A stretch of 64,000 nucleotides of DNA, taken from positions 52,434 to 116,433 of the forward strand of contig JAFWZX010000012.1 in the NCBI GenBank assembly GCA_017517275.1, read 5' to 3'. This document shows positions 1 to 9,660 of this stretch, piece by piece. The position numbers and the translations under genes are program-made. This stretch comes from Clostridia bacterium (GTDB lineage: Bacteria > Bacillota > Clostridia > UBA1212 > UBA1255). The notes beneath the pieces are model-generated. The model was not told where the DNA came from. It was given only the letters and a program-made list of their open reading frames with translations, and searched no databases. Position 1 is the stretch's first letter; the number at the start of each line of letters is the position of its first letter.

Positions 1-2596
1 CAATAATATTCATACCCTTTTTGAGATCGGGGATTTTCACCGTCTCTATAGATTTATCAACATACCAACCACAAACCGCAATATCAACTTTATTTCCGTT
101 TACCGCAAGACTTCCTTCTGTTATTCTCTCACTTGCAAATAATACGTTCTGAACGTCAATCTCGCTGTTGATTGTAAAGCGCAAAGAAACAGTATGTTCA
201 TCCGGTGTTCTGCCGATAACCCAAGGCTGAGCAACGTGGCCGCCACGGGCAGGAAGTCCTATTTCCCCACAAAGCTTTACATCCAAGCGGAGAATTTCTT
301 CTTCCGGTTGCCACTTGCCGTCATCCAACTTATATTCAGCCATATCAAGCAATAAGCAGTTGGGCTCAGAGAGTGTATATTCTACCTCGTTTTTTACACA
401 AACAGATGATAACGCAGGTGTTTTTGCATCTTCTTCTGTTTTGATGCTACCTGATTCCTTTTCATCGCTTATTTCCGTAAGTTCAAGAAGCAGGCTGTCA
501 TAATTGTGAATTTCCCGTGAAAAGACCGTATTACCCTCTTTATACGTACAAGAAACAGCATAAATCTCTCCTGTCTGAGTATCAAAAAGGCGGATAGAAT
601 ATTTGCCTTTAATTGTAATATCAATGTCGTCGCCTCTAATCTGGTTTTTGTCCGGTGGGTTAATAGCTTGGGCTACAAACAGCCATTTCACGTCGCCGTC
701 TTGTCTTAATTGGTGGCAGAAACGATTTGTATCGCTACCATCAGCATAGCGGATTGTAACGTACATGCTGTCATCTAAAGCTTTTTGAAGGGCATCGCGT
801 GAATATTCAATACTGATACTGTCTGCAAATAGTTTCTTGCCTCTGTTTGACGGGACTGCATTTTCAAAAGCCGGCTCTTTACCCATAAAAATCAGTTTAC
901 CGCCGGCAGCTTTGAATTTTTCCAAAGCCTCTAACGTTGTAGATCTTAACGTCAGACATTCAGGTACCACGATTACGTCATATGCCATCTTACCGACAGT
1001 CAAAGGTGCGGTTGGATTCTCACATAATTCCGGTAACGTAGCTTCGCAGATAAAGTTAAAATCTGTATTAATTTTCACCAGCCAGTCTGCCAATTGAAGG
1101 AATTTACTGTCTATTTCATTTGCAATCGGAGCATTAACGTCAACCGGTCCCCAGAATAGCCAGTAGCTCTCAACCGGATGTATAACACCTACGTTAATAA
1201 TAGGCTTGCCGCGGGTAAGTGCCGTATTTAATCTTGCAAAATGGTCTTCTATCCGGCGATACTCGCCGTACCAAGGTGATTGGTAGCTGATTGAAGCCGG
1301 ATAATCCCGTTTAGACTCTCCCTTCATTGACACCCAAGACAGGTGCTGAACTCTGATAGTAACGCCCAAAGCAGCTTGCCAGTCACCATGAAGCTTGTGG
1401 CCTCTGAAATCAAAATCCCAACCTGTTACGCCGTAAAGTTCAGAAAGCATTGCTTCCGAACCAAATTGGTGTACGGCGGACTGACATTGTTTGGCAGTAA
1501 TAAACTCATGAGCCGCACATAACATGTCAATGCCGGGTATACCAAAGCCGCGATAATTTCGCATTACTTCGCTTACTGCGAGAGTTTGGACGTACAACGT
1601 CTGCTCACACATAAGATGTCCTGTCAGTGCAATTCCATGTTCATCGCACCATTGTCCGCAATTTTGTCCAAAAGCTTCGCTAAAGCGGTCAGCAACGTGG
1701 TCATGATAACGGTATCTTGTAACAGACGGCTTGTTATCCGGTAAATTCCAGAACAACTCCGGTAAATGTTCCATAATATCTTCTGAATATTTTGCTTTAT
1801 ACGTATCAGGAAAAGTTGGGGTCCATGGAAGAGTAACGTCACACGTATCAAAAGAAGAATTCAATCTCTCTTTGTGAGCAACCTGAGGCTCGTCTGTGAA
1901 AATTGAAGGAATGACGCCGCCAAAGTCTTTTGAACAATTCCTGTTATATGCTTCATATGTTACCTCGATAAAGCGGTCCATAGCCTCTTTATTCATCGTA
2001 TCAACATATGACTGATTATTAAACCAAGATGTTTTGGGAGAATAATCCATATAAACATACCATTTCGTGCCTTTTACTTCATCTTCCGGTTGAATTTGCC
2101 TGTATTCCTTAAGATACCCTTTGTCGTCAAGCTCAATATCAAAAACAGTAAGTAATATACCTTCTTCGGTTCTTACAGTAGTGTTCTCAACAAAGAAAAT
2201 ATCATTTTTTCTTTCTTTTTTATATGGCACTGTTGTAAACCGAAGCAAACGCTGGCGATATTCATCATTTTGCGTTACGATGCCGCCGGCCGAACCGGAG
2301 GGCCATCTATCCTCGTCATACAGATACGCCAGCATATCATTTTCACGGGCTTTATCAACACAAGCGTTAATAAATCCCATGTACTCTTCTCCAAGATACG
2401 GGGTCGACAAGCCGGTGCGAACGTGCATGTGGAATCCGCCAAGCCCCATCTCTTTGAAAATATCTATCTGTCTTAACAGCTCGTCTTTATCCAACTCGCA
2501 ATTCCACGCCCAAAACGGAGCGCCACGATATTCTGATGTAGGATTTTTGAACAATTCAGGAGATAAGGATTTTTCTGTGTTCTTCTTGTAAAACAT
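1..2596 (-). CDS. Large glycoside hydrolase, C-terminally truncated by the window edge (>865 aa). N-terminus is MFYKKNTEKSLSPELFKNPTSEYRGAPFWAWN...EMGLGGFHMH.
   Basis: ATG at 2594-2596 on the minus strand. The frame stays open to position 1; no complete minus ORF is reported in the track, and hand translation of the first 60 nt is stop-free. The N-terminal RGxPFWxWN...GxGGF motif is typical of TIM-barrel glycosidases such as GH106-like rhamnosidases; the family is not verified. It is the last gene of the uxa/uxu operon. Confidence 0.5.
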   Translation of the reverse strand, partial: MFYKKNTEKSLSPELFKNPTSEYRGAPFWAWNCELDKDELLRQIDIFKEMGLGGFHMHVRTGLSTPYLGEEYMGFINACVDKARENDMLAYLYDEDRWPSGSAGGIVTQNDEYRQRLLRFTTVPYKKERKNDIFFVENTTVRTEEGILLTVFDIELDDKGYLKEYRQIQPEDEVKGTKWYVYMDYSPKTSWFNNQSYVDTMNKEAMDRFIEVTYEAYNRNCSKDFGGVIPSIFTDEPQVAHKERLNSSFDTCDVTLPWTPTFPDTYKAKYSEDIMEHLPELFWNLPDNKPSVTRYRYHDHVADRFSEAFGQNCGQWCDEHGIALTGHLMCEQTLYVQTLAVSEVMRNYRGFGIPGIDMLCAAHEFITAKQCQSAVHQFGSEAMLSELYGVTGWDFDFRGHKLHGDWQAALGVTIRVQHLSWVSMKGESKRDYPASISYQSPWYGEYRRIEDHFARLNTALTRGKPIINVGVIHPVESYWLFWGPVDVNAPIANEIDSKFLQLADWLVKINTDFNFICEATLPELCENPTAPLTVGKMAYDVIVVPECLTLRSTTLEALEKFKAAGGKLIFMGKEPAFENAVPSNRGKKLFADSISIEYSRDALQKALDDSMYVTIRYADGSDTNRFCHQLRQDGDVKWLFVAQAINPPDKNQIRGDDIDITIKGKYSIRLFDTQTGEIYAVSCTYKEGNTVFSREIHNYDSLLLELTEISDEKESGSIKTEEDAKTPALSSVCVKNEVEYTLSEPNCLLLDMAEYKLDDGKWQPEEEILRLDVKLCGEIGLPARGGHVAQPWVIGRTPDEHTVSLRFTINSEIDVQNVLFASERITEGSLAVNGNKVDIAVCGWYVDKSIETVKIPDLKKGMNII

Positions 2597-2674
2597 ATTT
2601 TCCCTCTTTTCAATTGTATTCAATGTGAAAATTATGTCATCCGTGGTGCTTTTTGTCAATAATTACGAATAGAC

Positions 2675-3505
2675 TCACACACCGGAATATGCACTAAAGC
2701 CTCCGTCAACAGGTATTATAGAGCCTGTTACAAAACCGCTGGCCTCATCACATGCCAGCCACAAAAGGCAACCTATCAAATCGGAAATTTCACCAAACTT
2801 ATTCATGGGTGTTGCTGATAAAATCTTACCTGTGCGAGCAGTAGGTTGGCCATCTTCAGTAAAAAGCAATGTTCTGTTCTGATTTGTCACAAAAAAGCCC
2901 GGGGCAATAGCGTTACATCTTATATTACACGGAGCAAAGTGAACGGCCAACCATTGAGTGAAATTACTGATGCCCGCTTTTGCCGCAGAATAGGCCGGTA
3001 TTTTAGTAAGCGGAGTGAAAGCATTCATACTTGAAATGTTAATAATATTTCCTCCTGTTTTTACCATATCGGCAGCAAAAACCTGAGAAACAAGGAAGGC
3101 AGACGTGATGTTAAGATCAAAAACAAATCTGAGCCCACTTTCTTCCAGCGCAAAAAAGTCCTTTACCCCTTCAAGGTCAGGTGTCATATATTCATTGTCG
3201 CAAGTCGCCTTAGGATTGTTTCCGCCGGCGCCGTTTATCAGGATGTTCACTTTTCCCCATTTACCGTGAATGATTTGGCGAGCCTCTTCTATACTCTTTT
3301 TATCCAAACAGTCACAAGAAATCGCCATGGCATTTTCTCCGATTTCTTCAGCATATTTCTGAGCGGCTTGGTAATTAATATCAAGTAATGCTACTTTTGC
3401 GCCGCATTCTGCGAGAGCTTTGGCAAATTCGCTGCAAATAACACCGCCGGCGCCTGTAATTGCAACTGTTTTATGGCTAAGATCTACTTTAAAAGGTATT
3501 TTCAA
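2675..3505 (-). CDS. uxuB: SDR-family D-mannonate/fructuronate oxidoreductase (UxuB/YjmF-type)
   Basis: TGAGGVI Rossmann motif, YSAAK catalytic motif, ~276 aa with the insertion typical of B. subtilis YjmF. Immediately downstream of uxuA. Confidence 0.6.
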   Translation of the reverse strand: MKIPFKVDLSHKTVAITGAGGVICSEFAKALAECGAKVALLDINYQAAQKYAEEIGENAMAISCDCLDKKSIEEARQIIHGKWGKVNILINGAGGNNPKATCDNEYMTPDLEGVKDFFALEESGLRFVFDLNITSAFLVSQVFAADMVKTGGNIINISSMNAFTPLTKIPAYSAAKAGISNFTQWLAVHFAPCNIRCNAIAPGFFVTNQNRTLLFTEDGQPTARTGKILSATPMNKFGEISDLIGCLLWLACDEASGFVTGSIIPVDGGFSAYSGV

Positions 3506-4540
3506 TTATTTCATCTCCTTTTCAATGGCTTCAAAAAGTCCGTTCAGATATGCCGCGCCAAGAGCACGGTCATAAAGACCATATCCCGGTTTGCCGTCTT
3601 CATCCCAGATGTTTCTGCCGTGATCGGGACGTACGTAGCCTTCAAAGCCGCCTTTGACCAAAGCCTTTACAACCCCGTATATGTCAAGATCTCCGCCGGC
3701 AGTCATATGGCCTGTTTCCGTAAAATCCAGCTCTCCCGCAAATTTAATCTGGCGCAGATGAGCAAAATATATACGGTCGGCATATTTTTCTGCCATATAC
3801 GGTAGCTTATTTGAGCGACCTGCCCCAAGACTGCCGGTGCAGAATGTTATTCCATTATGCTTGTTTGGAACGGCAGCAAACAGCTCGTCGTAAGATTTTT
3901 CTCCGGTAATAATTCTGGGAAGTCCAAACATATCCCACGGTGGATCGTCAGGGTGAATTGCCATGTTAATCCCTGCCTCGTCACATGCCGGCATAATACC
4001 GTTTAGAAAATAGACGAGATTTTCAAATAATTCCTCATGTGAAATCTCTCTGTATGCTGTAAGAAGTGAGCTGAGTTGGTCTGCAGTATAGCTCTCGTCC
4101 CATCCCGGAAGATGAAGATCCTTTGTATCTGTTCCTGTAAGTTCTTCGTGCTTGTATGACAAGGAGTTACTGCCGTCCTTTGCCTTTGTCTTAAGATTGG
4201 TTCTCAACCAGTCAAAAACAGGCATGAAGTTATAGCAGATACATTTCACGCCGTATTTGCCTAAATTTCGTATAGTCTGTGCGTAGTTTGCAATCAAGCC
4301 GTCGCGTGAAGGTCTTCCCATCTTAATATCCTCGTGTACGGGAACAGACTCTATAACTTCCATTGCCAGGTCAGCCTCTTTACAAAGCTTATGTAACTTC
4401 GAAATCTTATCTTCCTGCCATATTTCCCCAACAGGCTCATCATAAACAGCGGTAACAACACCGGACATATTTGGAATTTGTTTGATGTAGTTAAGAGGAA
4501 TGGAATCTTGCGGTCCATACCAACGAAAAGTCATTTTCAT
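3506..4540 (-). CDS. uxuA: Mannonate dehydratase UxuA
   Basis: N-terminus MKMTFRWYGP, VESVPVHEDIK, CYNFMPVFDW and HPDDPP motifs align with E. coli UxuA. Confidence 0.9.
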   Translation of the reverse strand: MKMTFRWYGPQDSIPLNYIKQIPNMSGVVTAVYDEPVGEIWQEDKISKLHKLCKEADLAMEVIESVPVHEDIKMGRPSRDGLIANYAQTIRNLGKYGVKCICYNFMPVFDWLRTNLKTKAKDGSNSLSYKHEELTGTDTKDLHLPGWDESYTADQLSSLLTAYREISHEELFENLVYFLNGIMPACDEAGINMAIHPDDPPWDMFGLPRIITGEKSYDELFAAVPNKHNGITFCTGSLGAGRSNKLPYMAEKYADRIYFAHLRQIKFAGELDFTETGHMTAGGDLDIYGVVKALVKGGFEGYVRPDHGRNIWDEDGKPGYGLYDRALGAAYLNGLFEAIEKEMK

Positions 4541-5865
4541 ATCTTTAACGCTCCTTTAATATTATAGTAACAGATGTCCTGTGAAATGCTCTTTGCAATA
4601 TCAATATCATATTCTCCGTTTTCTACTAATCTACCCATGTAATTTGAAAGCAATCTGCGAAAAAAATCGAATCTGACGTACGAAGAGAAGCTTCGACTGT
4701 CTGTAAGCATTCCGAAATTCGTACCGAGTACGCCATATTCTGCAATCGTTTCCAGATTCTTATAAATTCCCCTCACCGTGTCGTTAAACCACCAGGCTGC
4801 GCCTGCCTTTACGTTTCTGAAGGCACCTGTTGCACATACAATTGCAGATAAATTATTGTCATTTAGTGTATATAAAACCGTCTGAGGCCTTTTATTATCC
4901 GGTGTCTTTGCCAGGAAACTGATCAAATCGTTAACGTCCTGTTCTTTTCCGATAAGGTCGAAACCTGAATCTGCACCGCACTTTTCAAACATTTGCGGGT
5001 TATTATTCCGAACAACGGCAAAATGAATTTGCATTATCATATCTCTTTCGTAATATTTGCCAGTAAGCCATAAAAGAACGTATCCGAATAATTTATCTTT
5101 TTGTTCTTGTGTAAGCCTCTTCCTTTTTTGGAAAAGACGCTTTGCCTCCTCATAATCCGCATATTCCTTCGGAAATGCCGCAAAACCATGATCTGAAATT
5201 CTGCATCCTTTTGATACAAAAAAGTCAAGTCTGCGTTCTAAAGCTACTTGCAAGTCATCTAACGTTTCTATTTTTATACCTGAAACGTCAGCGAGAATAT
5301 TTATGTATTCATCGTCAAAATTAAATATCTTATCCGGCCTAAAAGTAGGCGCAACGCGAGTGTTTCCATACTTTCCATGAAGGGAAAGCGAATCGGTCGG
5401 ATCATCTGTTGATGCAATGTACTCAACGTTAAATTGCTTTAAAATATCGGGAACCGATATATCTGCAAGTCGTTTATTTGCTTCTTGATATATACGTTCT
5501 GCATTGCTTTCATTCAGCGCTTCATTAATGCCGAATATCATCTTCAGTTCTAACTGAGTCCAGTAATACAGAGGATTCCCAACAAGCTTTGGCAGAATTT
5601 TTCCATATTCTATAAATTTGTCGTGAAAATTACCGTCACCTGTAATATACTTCTCATCCACTCCGCAAAGACGCATCGCACGCCATTTGTAGTGATCTTC
5701 TGCAAGCCACAACTGACCTACGTCTTCAAAGCCGGCCCCCATAGCTATTTTGCCTACATCCAAATGACAATGGTAGTCAATTATCGGCAAACTCTTTACC
5801 GCATCATATATTTCCTTTGCCGAGCACGATTCTAAAAACAAATTGTTGTCAAAAAAACCTTTCAT
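4537..5865 (-). CDS. uxaC: Glucuronate isomerase UxaC
   Basis: IIDYHCHL, DHYKWRAMR, GNPLYYWTQLELK and MLTDSRSFSSY motifs match UxaC. Confidence 0.9.
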   Translation of the reverse strand: MKGFFDNNLFLESCSAKEIYDAVKSLPIIDYHCHLDVGKIAMGAGFEDVGQLWLAEDHYKWRAMRLCGVDEKYITGDGNFHDKFIEYGKILPKLVGNPLYYWTQLELKMIFGINEALNESNAERIYQEANKRLADISVPDILKQFNVEYIASTDDPTDSLSLHGKYGNTRVAPTFRPDKIFNFDDEYINILADVSGIKIETLDDLQVALERRLDFFVSKGCRISDHGFAAFPKEYADYEEAKRLFQKRKRLTQEQKDKLFGYVLLWLTGKYYERDMIMQIHFAVVRNNNPQMFEKCGADSGFDLIGKEQDVNDLISFLAKTPDNKRPQTVLYTLNDNNLSAIVCATGAFRNVKAGAAWWFNDTVRGIYKNLETIAEYGVLGTNFGMLTDSRSFSSYVRFDFFRRLLSNYMGRLVENGEYDIDIAKSISQDICYYNIKGALKI

Positions 5866-5868
5866 TGT

Positions 5869-6843
5869 TCACCTTTTAATATCAATTTTATTTCCATTGC
5901 TGGCATATGTGGCCAGAATCATACGAATAACCTTGGCCGCTTCTTTGCCGTTTATCGAAAAAGGCCTGCCCGTTTGTATGCAATCATAGAAATCCTCCAT
6001 CAAGCCCTGATGTCCGCTACCGTAACAATCTTTTACGTTATATTCATTAATAACGTCGAAGTTTACGGTTTTGCCATTTACTGCTACCCAGTCAGACATA
6101 ATTTTAATCTCTGTTCCCGGCTTTTTTAACGTAATCTCCACAGACATATTATCACGGCTTGCGTTTGATGCAAAGAAGGAAAAATCGCTGCCGTCAGTGA
6201 AAAAAGCTACCGCCGTGTCTTCTACCTCGATAACTCCCTTCAGCGAAAAATTAGCGGTAGTCGCTGTTACTTGCCCGGGCTCGCCTAGAAGCCACTGCAT
6301 AAGATCAAGAGTGTGCAAAGCTTGATTTATAAGTACTCCGCCGCCTTCTGTTTCCCATTTACCTCTCCACTCTCCGGATCGGTAATATGCCTCATCGCGG
6401 TTCCATACAACACAAGCACTTCCTGTAAATTTGTCCCTGTTTTCATCATTTTCGATTAACGACTTTACGTACAAATTCGTTTTATTATATCTATTTTGGT
6501 GGCAAACACCTAATATTCCCTTTGACCGCTCCTCTGCTTCTAAGATCATGTTTAATTCCTCCTGCCTGATAGCAAGTGGTTTTTCACAAAGAACATTGAT
6601 ATCCGCATTAAGCGCCTCTAAAACCATCGGCGCGTGAAGATAATGAGGCGTGCAAACGTGAACACAGTCAGGCTTTACCTCTCTTATCATCCTTTTGTAA
6701 TCTACGTAATGAGGGATATTATGATATTTCTCCAATTTGCTGTCTTCTATATCACAGACAGCACACACGTCGATATTTAACTTTTTCAGAACATTCATAT
6801 GATGCGTTCCAATAACGCCAAGACCAATAACCGCAACCTTCAT
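5869..6843 (-). CDS. Gfo/Idh/MocA family NAD(P)-dependent oxidoreductase
   Basis: N-terminal MKVAVIGLGVIG Rossmann motif, EKPLA motif and C-terminal alpha/beta domain. Translationally abuts its neighbours. Confidence 0.8.
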   Translation of the reverse strand: MKVAVIGLGVIGTHHMNVLKKLNIDVCAVCDIEDSKLEKYHNIPHYVDYKRMIREVKPDCVHVCTPHYLHAPMVLEALNADINVLCEKPLAIRQEELNMILEAEERSKGILGVCHQNRYNKTNLYVKSLIENDENRDKFTGSACVVWNRDEAYYRSGEWRGKWETEGGGVLINQALHTLDLMQWLLGEPGQVTATTANFSLKGVIEVEDTAVAFFTDGSDFSFFASNASRDNMSVEITLKKPGTEIKIMSDWVAVNGKTVNFDVINEYNVKDCYGSGHQGLMEDFYDCIQTGRPFSINGKEAAKVIRMILATYASNGNKIDIKR

Positions 6844-8022
6844 TTATTTGCTCCCAAACGTTCCCTGTGTATCTGTAACTATGTTATCGTCTGCCTTTTT
6901 GTAAGTAGACGTAGCACAGCGTTTCATAAGCTCATTGTAATACTCTTTTCCGTTAACCGGAAGTTCAACGCGATTGCCCCCTCGCCAGCCGGATAACTCA
7001 ATTGCATTCATAAGCTCAACTCCGTTAATGCCCTCTTTGCCATCTACAAAAAATTCTTCAAGTCCCAGCAAAGCATTGGCAAAATTATTGATAATTCCCT
7101 TATGCTGGTCATTTATACCATCTGTTTCTACTTCTATAACCTCTATTTTCGGGCGAGAGAAACCTCCTTCTGATTCGCTCGAAAATTTCCGGCTGTCTTC
7201 GCTATTTTTAATCCAGATTAATTTATTATTTTCACAAACCAATTTGCCTTTCGTTCCGGAGATCTCAAAACGATTGGTACCGGGAGTCTCTCCTGTAGTC
7301 GTTATAAACATACCGGTAGCGCCGTTTTCGTATTCAAAAAATGCTGTTACTTCGTCTTCTACTTCAATATTATGCCATTTTCCGTACTCACAAAAGCCTC
7401 GAACGTACTTGGGCTGGCATCCTACTACCCACGACACTAAATCTAATTGATGAGGGCATTGATTTATTAACACTCCGCCGCCTTCTCCTGTCCAGGTAGC
7501 TCTCCAACTGCCCGTATCATAGTACTTTTGAGTACGGTACCAATCAGTAATAATCCAAGTAACTCTCTGAAGTTCTCCTAACTGCCCGGACAACATTATC
7601 TCGCGCATTTTTCTATACACGCAATTTGTTCTTTGATTAAACATCATTGCAAATTTTGCACTTTTTTTGTCGGCAACCGCATTCATTTCCCGTACCTGAT
7701 CAGCGTAAACTCCGGCAGGCTTTTCACAAATAACGTTGATTCCTCTGTTTAAGCAGGCAATTACCATCTCCGGGTGGCTATAGTGAGGAACCTCTACCAG
7801 AACAGCATCACAAAGGCCACTGTCTAACATTTGTTTATAGTCGGTGAAATAAGTAATGCTTTTATTTGTTATGCGACTTTGCATTGCTTCTATCTTAGCG
7901 GGATTAATATCGCAAAGTGCCGTAATAATGCCGTTTGTGATTGCGCCCTTGTCAAAAAGGCTCAACGCATAATAGCTACCCTGATTACCTAATCCTATTA
8001 TACCAAAACGAATTCTTTCCAT
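6844..8022 (-). CDS. Gfo/Idh/MocA family oxidoreductase (second paralog, 392 aa)
   Basis: IRFGIIGLGNQG, ICEKPAG and GGVLINQCPHQLD motifs. Shares GEGGGVLINQ with the downstream paralog. Confidence 0.8.
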   Translation of the reverse strand: MERIRFGIIGLGNQGSYYALSLFDKGAITNGIITALCDINPAKIEAMQSRITNKSITYFTDYKQMLDSGLCDAVLVEVPHYSHPEMVIACLNRGINVICEKPAGVYADQVREMNAVADKKSAKFAMMFNQRTNCVYRKMREIMLSGQLGELQRVTWIITDWYRTQKYYDTGSWRATWTGEGGGVLINQCPHQLDLVSWVVGCQPKYVRGFCEYGKWHNIEVEDEVTAFFEYENGATGMFITTTGETPGTNRFEISGTKGKLVCENNKLIWIKNSEDSRKFSSESEGGFSRPKIEVIEVETDGINDQHKGIINNFANALLGLEEFFVDGKEGINGVELMNAIELSGWRGGNRVELPVNGKEYYNELMKRCATSTYKKADDNIVTDTQGTFGSK

Positions 8023-8023
8023 T

Positions 8024-8800
8024 TTATAACTCCTTTATTGCGTAATCTACACTGCGGATAACCTGCTCAAACGGATCTTCGAAGTCTGCCGCATTATCCT
8101 GTTCTACAAAATACAATTGAGTGCCAATTTCTCTCATTTTATTTATTATTTTGCGGAAATTCATATTTCCGTCGCCAAGCGGTGCAAACATAGGACGAAA
8201 TTTTACGTTTCCTTGTTCGTCCGTGGCTGCAATTACCTTGTAATCCTTAAGATGCACACAGCCTGCCCTGCCTTTTACCTTATCAAGTATATCGCAAACG
8301 TCACCGCCGCCGTATTGAAGCCAATACGTGTCAATTGTAAAATTAATAAACGGAGCATTTTTTATCATATAGTCCAAGACTGTCTCCGTTCCCCATTTGT
8401 ACAACTCAAAATTATGGTGATGATAATAAAACTTAAATCCATTCTCTTCCATAACCTCTGCGGAGGCATTAAGCTGTTCGATAATCTTTTTGCATGCGTC
8501 AGGGTTTGCAATCATTGCAGGAGGCATAGCTCCGAGACCGATATTCGAACAACCAAAGGATGCATGCTCCTCCATAAGCCTACCGGATTCTTCAATAATC
8601 CTGTTCATCGGCATATGAGTGAGATAAACCGGCATTTTCGTAGTTTCCACTACTCTCTTTATCTCCGGCGTGGTTAGGGAAGAACCTGAAAATTGCAGAT
8701 ATGAATATCCTGCCCTTTGAAGTTTTATAGCGGTTTCCAAGAAATCCTGCTCTGTTTTTATGTTATTTCTCACTGAATATAAATTTAAACCTATTTCCAT
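8024..8800 (-). CDS. Sugar phosphate isomerase/epimerase (xylose-isomerase-like TIM barrel)
   Basis: 258 aa. MEIGLNLYSV start, HLKD and metal-binding E/D/H pattern typical of the AP endonuclease 2 / xylose isomerase-like fold. Confidence 0.7.
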   Translation of the reverse strand: MEIGLNLYSVRNNIKTEQDFLETAIKLQRAGYSYLQFSGSSLTTPEIKRVVETTKMPVYLTHMPMNRIIEESGRLMEEHASFGCSNIGLGAMPPAMIANPDACKKIIEQLNASAEVMEENGFKFYYHHHNFELYKWGTETVLDYMIKNAPFINFTIDTYWLQYGGGDVCDILDKVKGRAGCVHLKDYKVIAATDEQGNVKFRPMFAPLGDGNMNFRKIINKMREIGTQLYFVEQDNAADFEDPFEQVIRSVDYAIKEL

Positions 8801-9648
8801 TATTTTACATATCCCTCCTTAGTTTCTCTATATCCTGCTCTCGTCAGCAGTTCTTTGAGTGCTGACGTTGCAGCGTCAAAAGCCTCATCGTTACTGTGAA
8901 AAGTGTATTTTGTGTTCATCTCCGTCTTGTCAATATCAGAATACCCCTTAAACACTGTCAGATGAGGCTCTAAAGTAAGTACTTTGTCATCTTTTATGGT
9001 TGATATCAGCTCCTCTATGCACCCGTCTCCCTCTCCTGCCGGGACTAATTGTCCTAAGTCTGAAATTACGTCTTTAATGTGAAAATAATCAGCTCTGTGT
9101 GCCAAGGCAGCCAAAGTCTCTTCAGCCTTCTGCCCTACCTGCAAGAAGTTTGCCGGATCATATACGTAATAAAGCCCCGGAACGTTATCCAGAATTTGTA
9201 AATTACGTGATAGCGTATCTCCGTATATGTCCTTCTCATTCTCATGACAGAGCTTTAAATCATATTCCTTTGCCTTCTGTACCATCCTACGTAAAAAATC
9301 AAACACCTTATACGGCTTGTCATACGCACGGAAAAAGCTGAATATACGCACTCTGCCCGCCCCCAGAAGTTTTGCAACGTGAAAAATATGGCAGACTTTC
9401 TTCATATATTCATCTATGTCGATGTCAATGTCTTCTTTTCCTATGGGAGATCCTACAGACCAGACCTTAATATTATTATCATCCAGAATTTGTTTAATAG
9501 CAATTGCTTCCTCGACAGTCAAATCTTTAACGTTTTTGCCGTTAACGTTTCTGATTTCCATATACGAAATGTTATTTCGTTTCAACGCTGTTATTTGTCC
9601 TAATAAATCATTTGATGCCTCATCTGAGAAGGCACATAATTTTATCAT
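8800..9648 (-). CDS. Sugar phosphate isomerase/epimerase (xylose-isomerase-like TIM barrel), second copy
   Basis: 282 aa. CAFSDEAS, MEIRNV and HIKD motifs. 1-nt overlap with the downstream gene. Confidence 0.7.
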   Translation of the reverse strand: MIKLCAFSDEASNDLLGQITALKRNNISYMEIRNVNGKNVKDLTVEEAIAIKQILDDNNIKVWSVGSPIGKEDIDIDIDEYMKKVCHIFHVAKLLGAGRVRIFSFFRAYDKPYKVFDFLRRMVQKAKEYDLKLCHENEKDIYGDTLSRNLQILDNVPGLYYVYDPANFLQVGQKAEETLAALAHRADYFHIKDVISDLGQLVPAGEGDGCIEELISTIKDDKVLTLEPHLTVFKGYSDIDKTEMNTKYTFHSNDEAFDAATSALKELLTRAGYRETKEGYVK

Positions 9649-9660
9649 GGTTGTTCTCCT

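Noticed and set aside
2121-2591. 156-aa + strand ORF (and the nested 2270..2476 ORF) inside the glycoside hydrolase N-terminal region
   Set aside because: Antisense to a long, well-supported minus-strand gene, with a low-complexity Ser-rich translation. Considered spurious.
3473-3805. 110-aa + strand ORF overlapping the uxuB/uxuA junction
   Set aside because: Fully antisense to two conserved enzymes; no RBS. Spurious.
8117-8677. 186-aa + strand ORF antisense to the TIM-barrel isomerase
   Set aside because: Antisense shadow ORF; hydrophobic junk composition.
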